From positions 372,001-436,000 of the forward strand of contig OZ244226.1 of NCBI GenBank assembly GCA_965217035.1: 64,000 nucleotides of DNA, given 5' to 3'. Origin of the DNA: Bacteriovoracaceae bacterium (GTDB lineage Bacteria; Bdellovibrionota; Bacteriovoracia; Bacteriovoracales; Bacteriovoracaceae). A program made the position numbers and the translations under genes. The notes under the pieces were generated by a model, which was given only the letters and a program-made list of their open reading frames with translations, had not been told where the DNA came from and did no database searches. Of this stretch, positions 58,284 to 64,000 are shown piece after piece (the stretch's first letter is position 1; every line of letters starts with the position of its first letter).

Positions 58284-58730
58284 ATGAATATGCGTTTCAT
58301 TATTATCACATATATCCAAAAAGATTTTAAGGAAGTAGCTTCAGGCTTTGATTTACATCTATTCAAAGCTCTTAAACCGCCGGGTCTATCACTGGATGTG
58401 ACTCGTTTTGACGGCTGTAAAAAGGGTGATGAAGTACATCTGATAGTAGGAGCTGGTCCGATAAAAAAAAACTGGATAAGCCATATTACTGATGATTACG
58501 AGAACGAAAACGAAATTGTATTTGTAGACGAAGGACATGTTCTACCACCACCACTCAAAACCTGGAAGCATACTCATAAGATCGTTAAAACTGGAAATAG
58601 AGCTTGTGAAATTCATGATGATATTCACTTCTCTTCCGGCAATAAATTTCTTGATGCTCTCTTATACCCAGCGATGAAATTACAGTTCTCTCTTCGGAAA
58701 CCAGTCTATAGAAAATACTTTGACGAATAG
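58284..58730 (+). CDS. SRPBCC family protein
   Basis: FVDEG, PPPLKTWKHTH. Confidence 0.8.
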   Translation: MNMRFIIITYIQKDFKEVASGFDLHLFKALKPPGLSLDVTRFDGCKKGDEVHLIVGAGPIKKNWISHITDDYENENEIVFVDEGHVLPPPLKTWKHTHKIVKTGNRACEIHDDIHFSSGNKFLDALLYPAMKLQFSLRKPVYRKYFDE

Positions 58731-58826
58731 TGTGTTGCCTTGACGGTCGAATTTACTAGAAAATTAAGATCATGATTTATTTTGAGATGGCTCAGGTAAA
58801 CCACTAAAAGCTATTTTTATTTTCTT

Positions 58827-59081
58827 TTATAAAATATCTTTTTCCCCTAAACTGAAGACTTTTACATTATCATAACTAATTTTAACGTCTCGAGCAAAGA
58901 AACTTTTCTTTTCGCATGAAGGAGAAAACGTAATGATATCGTCTTTTGTCGAAACAAGCTCTATAAGATTTAATGAACGATTCACACTTCCATGAATCAA
59001 AGAAAGATTCTCAATACTTCTTTCATTAATACGACTGAAAACGATACATTTCAAAAGACGCAATTTAATCGATTGATCCAA
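58827..59081 (-). CDS. Small hypothetical ORF
   Basis: 84-aa ORF with TTG start only; weak support. Confidence 0.3.
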   Translation of the reverse strand: MDQSIKLRLLKCIVFSRINERSIENLSLIHGSVNRSLNLIELVSTKDDIITFSPSCEKKSFFARDVKISYDNVKVFSLGEKDIL

Positions 59082-59219
59082 GATACAAAATTAAAGAAAT
59101 TATTTTTTTAATTTATATAATAATTATTAAGTCGATAAAAATATGTATAGAGACAGATTTTATCTCCTAAGTTTAAAGAACTTTAATTATTTGTACCAGA
59201 AAGACAAAACTTTCTTCAT

Positions 59220-60554
59220 TTACCAACGATAAGCGAGCGAAGCATGAATTATATAACCACTTAGCTCATAATCTCCTCTAAAAGGAGGAGTAAGAAGTGT
59301 ACTTGATGCTGATCGATCCGTCGTATTTCCTTCTCCAGAACTAAAGCTATACTCAAGCGCTGTATCTAAATAAAGATTTTTCGTAAGCTTATTTCCTAAA
59401 CCAACTGTTACAGTATGCCCTTCCCCTGGAACCGAAAAAGTCGGAGTCGCTGCTTGATCAGAGGTAACTCGAGTTGTGAGGACATAAGAAAATCTTAAAA
59501 TTCCTTTTTCCCAACCCGTATACTGAGCTGCTAGTCTGTAGTTAAATTGATCTTTCCAATTCTGTTCAACATCAGGGATGGCAGAAGTTGTAAAAGTTGT
59601 AACGTTCCCATCAATTTTAAGTCTTTCGTTTGAACTGTATTCTGTCCATGTAACCTCTCCGAAAAGAGTCCACTTCTCATCAAGTACGCAATGACCACCA
59701 ACACTTAATTGCTGAGGAAGCTCACTGGTAATACTTGCGTCTCCTCCAGTTCCATTAACTCGAACTCCGGCCGTTCCTGCACCAGAAAGAATCGCAGCAT
59801 TTCCCGCAGTTGTTAGGGCATAACTCACACTACTCTCTCCTTCACCTGTAAACTCAACAGCGGAACGATAAGAGAATCCGAATCCCCATTTTTTACTATC
59901 TGCAAGGTATTGAGCTCCAAGCCTGAAACCAGAAAACTTCTCATCTTTAATATCATCGATTTCTGTTCCTGAAAGAAGTAAAGGAACCCCACCTGAACTT
60001 TCTGTCACTCGTGCATCAGAAAAATCAGCATTCACAAGAGTCGCTCTCCAAACAGCTCCGACGCTCCAGTTTTTATTTAGAGTATAACCAGCTCCGATCC
60101 CGAGCTCTACGATTCTTAAGTTTGATTCAATATTCGGACGGTATGGAGCAAACTCAGAAGAGACACCGCTGAAGTCAACTGACTCATGATTGATCGCAGT
60201 CCCACCTGCGGCATAAATACCGATACCAACACCTAATTTTTCGTTGATTTTCATCGCCCCCATAACAGCAGCTGGGATACTTAAAACTTCTTCACTCTTA
60301 TTAGAAAGATTTGCTGTGTTTACCGACGACTCTGCTTGCGCCAAAGTTGGGGAAAGATTGATCGTCACTTCTTTTCCATTCGTTTTACTCAAACCAGCAG
60401 GGTTAAAGAAGAGAGCATCAGCTCCCGAAACAGAAGAACTCACTGCAGCGCCAAGTGCAGAGTTTTTTGCGGACCAAATTACAGCCTTCTCATAACCAGC
60501 ACCAAAAGAATCGGCCGTAGATAAAAGGATCGCAATAATCGCTAAGTTCTTCAT
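59220..60554 (-). CDS. OmpP1/FadL-family outer-membrane transporter
   Basis: Signal peptide, hatch motif FFNPAGL, beta-barrel pattern, terminal YRW. Confidence 0.88.
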   Translation of the reverse strand: MKNLAIIAILLSTADSFGAGYEKAVIWSAKNSALGAAVSSSVSGADALFFNPAGLSKTNGKEVTINLSPTLAQAESSVNTANLSNKSEEVLSIPAAVMGAMKINEKLGVGIGIYAAGGTAINHESVDFSGVSSEFAPYRPNIESNLRIVELGIGAGYTLNKNWSVGAVWRATLVNADFSDARVTESSGGVPLLLSGTEIDDIKDEKFSGFRLGAQYLADSKKWGFGFSYRSAVEFTGEGESSVSYALTTAGNAAILSGAGTAGVRVNGTGGDASITSELPQQLSVGGHCVLDEKWTLFGEVTWTEYSSNERLKIDGNVTTFTTSAIPDVEQNWKDQFNYRLAAQYTGWEKGILRFSYVLTTRVTSDQAATPTFSVPGEGHTVTVGLGNKLTKNLYLDTALEYSFSSGEGNTTDRSASSTLLTPPFRGDYELSGYIIHASLAYRW

Positions 60555-60733
60555 TGAAGTCTCCTTGTAAAATAAAGTTAATTCATTTCAGCCTAGAGAA
60601 AAATTAAAGAAATATCTAGTATTGCCTATGGTAATGTAAGCAGTTTTCCAAAGTGTTAGATTTTTTTCACTCAAAGACAGGGATTTATAGATCTTGGACA
60701 AAAACTTATCCGAAGCCTTGAGCATATAAAATA

Positions 60734-60845
60734 ACGACCTCTAGAGTTTAACCACGAGGTCCAGAAGACTCTAGCGAAAGGCTACAACTGGCAAGATGAG
60801 AACGTCGCTTTACCGAAAGAAGGGAGACTGACGACTTTTTTGTTT
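60734..60845 (+). ncRNA. Candidate structured RNA (sRNA or riboswitch-like leader)
   Basis: GC-richer island with several complementary segments, GAAA loops and a U-tract; no family recognised. Confidence 0.4.
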
Positions 60846-61021
60846 TCTTTTTTTAGCAAAAAAATACTAGTCGCTGAAATCTATTAAAAATTAAGAATAA
60901 CTTAGCGAAACTTTAACTTCCATAATTAGATTCAATCAGATATCTTTAGAGCTTCGCTTTATTTTTTTACCTTCATTTTCATCACCAACCTTGAAAATGT
61001 GTTGAAGCTAGGGACGCTCTT

Positions 61022-62557
61022 ATGCCTATTTTTCAAAAACTCTTCGCCGGAACCAGCATCAAAACAGAGATTCTCTCTGGGCTCACAGTCGCCTTAGCAC
61101 TTGTTCCTGAGGCCGTAGCTTTTGCTTTCGTTGCAGGAGTTGATCCTCTCGTTGGCCTCTATGCAGCTTTTTTAGTGTGCTTAATTACCTCAATTCTTGG
61201 GGGACGACCAGGGATGATTTCAGGAGCAACCGGTGCGCTTGCAGTCGTTATGGTTGATCTGGTAAGCACTCATGGTTTGCAATACCTCTTAAGCGCCGTT
61301 GTCTTGATGGGAATAATTCAAGTTTTTTTAGGCTTGATGAAACTTGGAAAGTTTATTCGGTTAGTTCCTGAACCAGTAATTCTAGGATTTGTGAATGGCC
61401 TGGCCATCGTTATCTTTCTAGCTCAACTCTCTCAATTTAAAGTTCCTGATGCAAGTGGTGAACTCCAGTTTCTAACGGGGGCTCCCCTCTACATAATGAT
61501 TGCTCTCATTGGTCTGACAATGGCGATTATTTATTTACTGCCTAAGTTCACCAAGGCAATTCCTTCTTCTTTAGCCGCAATTCTCACAGTTTCAGCGATT
61601 GCAATTTTTGTAGACTTACCAACTAAATCGGTAGGAGATCTTGCTTCAATTAAAGGTGGCTTTCCGCTCTTTAATTTCCCCGATGTTCCTTTCAATCTTG
61701 AAACCTTAAAAATCATCTTTCCCTACTCACTTATTTTGGCAGGAGTTGGATTAATAGAGTCATTACTTACTTTAACATTAATAGACGAACTAACTGAGAC
61801 ACGCGGTTCAAGTAATAAGGAATGCGTTGCTCAAGGAGTTGCTAATATTGTGACAGGTTTCTTTGGAGGAATGGGAGGCTGTGCAATGATCGGCCAAAGT
61901 ATTATTAATGTTACTAGTGGTGCACGTGCAAGGCTCTCAGGAATCAGTGCTGCTTTGTTCTTACTTTCCTTTATTGTTTTTACGTCTCATCTTATTGAAG
62001 CTATTCCAGTCGCCGCGCTAGTGGGTGTGATGTTTATGGTTTGTATCGGAACTTTTGAGTGGACAAGCATTAAGCTTATCAACAAAGTTCCTCGATCTGA
62101 CGTTTTTGTCCTCATCCTAGTATCCGTTTTAACAATTATTTTTGATCTCGCGATTGCAGTTATCGCTGGAGTCATTAGCTCCGCGCTTGTATTTGCCTGG
62201 CAAAGTGCAATTAGAATTAGAGCAAGAAAAAGCCACATTGATGAAAAAACAAAGCTTTATGAAATATGGGGGCCTCTATTTTTTGGATCGACAACTTTAT
62301 TTCAGGAAAAGTTCACACCTCATGAAGACCCTGAACAAATCATTGTTGATTTTAAAGAGTCGCGAATTGCTGATCACAGTGGAATAGAGGCGGTTCAAAA
62401 ATTGACTAAAAGATATAGTAAAATTGGGAAAAAGGTCCGACTTCGCCACTTAAGTCCCGATTGTCGAAAACTCCTAAGTCGGGCTGAAACAATCATTGAA
62501 GTCGATGTCATAGAAGATCCTAACTATTTTGTTGTTTCTAAGGGATCCAGCTCATAA
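61022..62557 (+). CDS. sulP: SulP/SLC26 anion permease with STAS domain
   Basis: [35 protein letters not shown]. Confidence 0.95.
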   Translation: MPIFQKLFAGTSIKTEILSGLTVALALVPEAVAFAFVAGVDPLVGLYAAFLVCLITSILGGRPGMISGATGALAVVMVDLVSTHGLQYLLSAVVLMGIIQVFLGLMKLGKFIRLVPEPVILGFVNGLAIVIFLAQLSQFKVPDASGELQFLTGAPLYIMIALIGLTMAIIYLLPKFTKAIPSSLAAILTVSAIAIFVDLPTKSVGDLASIKGGFPLFNFPDVPFNLETLKIIFPYSLILAGVGLIESLLTLTLIDELTETRGSSNKECVAQGVANIVTGFFGGMGGCAMIGQSIINVTSGARARLSGISAALFLLSFIVFTSHLIEAIPVAALVGVMFMVCIGTFEWTSIKLINKVPRSDVFVLILVSVLTIIFDLAIAVIAGVISSALVFAWQSAIRIRARKSHIDEKTKLYEIWGPLFFGSTTLFQEKFTPHEDPEQIIVDFKESRIADHSGIEAVQKLTKRYSKIGKKVRLRHLSPDCRKLLSRAETIIEVDVIEDPNYFVVSKGSSS

Positions 62558-62611
62558 CGTTTAGATGAATTCTTACGACAAAACTAGAAGAGATAAGCTA
62601 TAATCTCATTA

Positions 62612-63541
62612 ATGTTTAAGAAAAAACTGAAATTCCTTTCCTATAACGTCCAAGATCTCTTTGTATTTCTTGATAACTATAATGGAGAAGACCTCCAGAG
62701 TATCGACGAGCATGATTGGGCATCTTTTAATATCTCACTTACAAGAAATAAGCTGCTTGAAAAAATTTTAGGAATTCAAAAAGTTATTCAAGAAACTGAT
62801 CCTGACGTAATTTTACTCCTAGAGGTCGGAGGCAAGGAATCTCTAGAAAACTTCAATCGATACTTTCTTGAATCAAAATATAAGGTTTTCATTCTTCCTA
62901 CTAATTCTAACCGTGGTATTGAGATTGGCTATCTCTTAAAAAACAAATATGAAGCGACAATAAAGTCTCACCGCAATCACAAACTACCTAGGAATGCAAA
63001 GTTCTCAAGAGATGTCCCTGAACTGAGAGTCTCGTTTCGTAATCAACTAAAAATCATTTTTCTTGGAGTTCATCTTAAAAGTAAACTTGATAAAGAAAAG
63101 AAAGACTTCGAAGGCCGTTCTAAAAGAAGTTTTGAAATCAGTGGGCTGAAGGAAATTTTTCTAAAACTACGAAAAGATTTTTCAAAGGTTCCTATCATAT
63201 TGGCCGGTGATTTTAATGGTGTAATCCATAAAGAAGGAAGAGAACCTGAGTTTCAACAACTCTTTGAAGACACCCAACTTGAAGATATTTTAGAACTTTC
63301 AAATATTCCTATCGAGGAAAGATACACTCACCTCTTCTTTACAGCAAGCCCCAAACCGATTGCAAATCAGATCGATTATATTTTGATTGAGAAAAAATAT
63401 GAAAATCGATTGGATAAAAAACAATGCTATGTCTATCGATACAAAAATTCTTATGGTGATGCTTTAAAGATTGAAAGTTTTCAGGAAAAAAGAGATCTTC
63501 CGAGTGATCACTTCCCTTTAAGTATGGGTCTTAAACTTTAG
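62612..63541 (+). CDS. Endonuclease/exonuclease/phosphatase family protein
   Basis: SYNV, HLKSK, AGDFN, IDYI, PSDHFP. Confidence 0.9.
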   Translation: MFKKKLKFLSYNVQDLFVFLDNYNGEDLQSIDEHDWASFNISLTRNKLLEKILGIQKVIQETDPDVILLLEVGGKESLENFNRYFLESKYKVFILPTNSNRGIEIGYLLKNKYEATIKSHRNHKLPRNAKFSRDVPELRVSFRNQLKIIFLGVHLKSKLDKEKKDFEGRSKRSFEISGLKEIFLKLRKDFSKVPIILAGDFNGVIHKEGREPEFQQLFEDTQLEDILELSNIPIEERYTHLFFTASPKPIANQIDYILIEKKYENRLDKKQCYVYRYKNSYGDALKIESFQEKRDLPSDHFPLSMGLKL

Positions 63542-63738
63542 TAATGAGGTGGACGTTCGTTTTTTAAGGACGTATTCTGATCATTCCCTGAGGGCCGCTG
63601 AAGTTCTTTTAAATATTCAGTGATCTCTTCAATTTTTGATTGCTGTTGAATAACGGTTTTGTTGAGCTCTTGAATGAATTGTTCCTGATAGGAGTACTTT
63701 ACTTCAATGTCATTTAATCTCTGTTCTAAATCATTCAT
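63538..63738 (-). CDS. slyX: SlyX family protein
   Basis: IEVKYSYQE...ELN, terminal ERPPHY. Confidence 0.9.
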   Translation of the reverse strand: MNDLEQRLNDIEVKYSYQEQFIQELNKTVIQQQSKIEEITEYLKELQRPSGNDQNTSLKNERPPHY

Positions 63739-63800
63739 AAGAGCTAAGTATCAAATTTAAAGAGCAAATCCAAGACTTTCGAGAAGAAATTAAGATCATT

Positions 63801-64000
63801 TTAAATTTCTAATGATTTAACAAGTGACTCAAGCCCGTTTACTTTGATTGCATAGAGTTCAGCCATCAAGCAGCCGATCTCTCCTTCCGGTAAACCATTC
63901 TCATAGAACCAGACCACATAAGGTTCTGGAAGATCAATTAAAGAAACTCCTTGGAACTTACCAAAAGGCATTGGCATCAATTTAAGCTTTTTAAGATTCT
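63801..64000 (-). CDS. DUF3820 family protein (5' end outside window)
   Basis: MPFGKFQGVSLIDLPEPYVVWF...IKVNGLE. Confidence 0.85.
   Translation of the reverse strand, partial: NLKKLKLMPMPFGKFQGVSLIDLPEPYVVWFYENGLPEGEIGCLMAELYAIKVNGLESLVKSLEI

Noticed and set aside
60705..60800. SAM-I riboswitch (CTTATC...GATGAG P1-like pair before a sulfate permease)
   Set aside because: Core GAGGGA kink-turn, GCAAC and GUGC elements absent
60750..60840. SRP RNA or hammerhead ribozyme
   Set aside because: SRP GGAAGCAG half missing; CTGACGA and GAAA cannot be joined by a proper stem II

Overview
AT-rich bacterial chromosome segment whose gene content and style suggest a Bdellovibrionota (Bacteriovoracales-like) predator; this taxonomic call is inference. 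Positions 1-25.3 kb are core-like: putA (runs off the window), clpB, large secreted proteins, an Rsm22-like gene, gltA, sfsA-nadD-folE2, a TatT-type TRAP transporter, folP-ftsH-tilS and a tRNA-Met(CAT). Immediately after the tRNA begins an apparent ~31 kb accessory island (~25.4-56.6 kb) with no visible integrase. It holds an intact IS1634-family element, IS3 and IS5 remnants, a dense two-component signalling block and a stress/dormancy gene set. That set includes an HPF-like gene, two pentapeptide-repeat/bL25 pairs, dps, rimB-rimK(RCK_C)-aspartoacylase, marC, corA, mscS and an NhaR-like LysR. A palindrome TGTGTA-N6-TACACA precedes four island transcription units. The right end (57-64 kb) holds an FAD oxidoreductase, SRPBCC, FadL, a candidate structured RNA, sulP, an EEP nuclease, slyX and a partial DUF3820 gene. 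All calls are by eye; no database searches were run.
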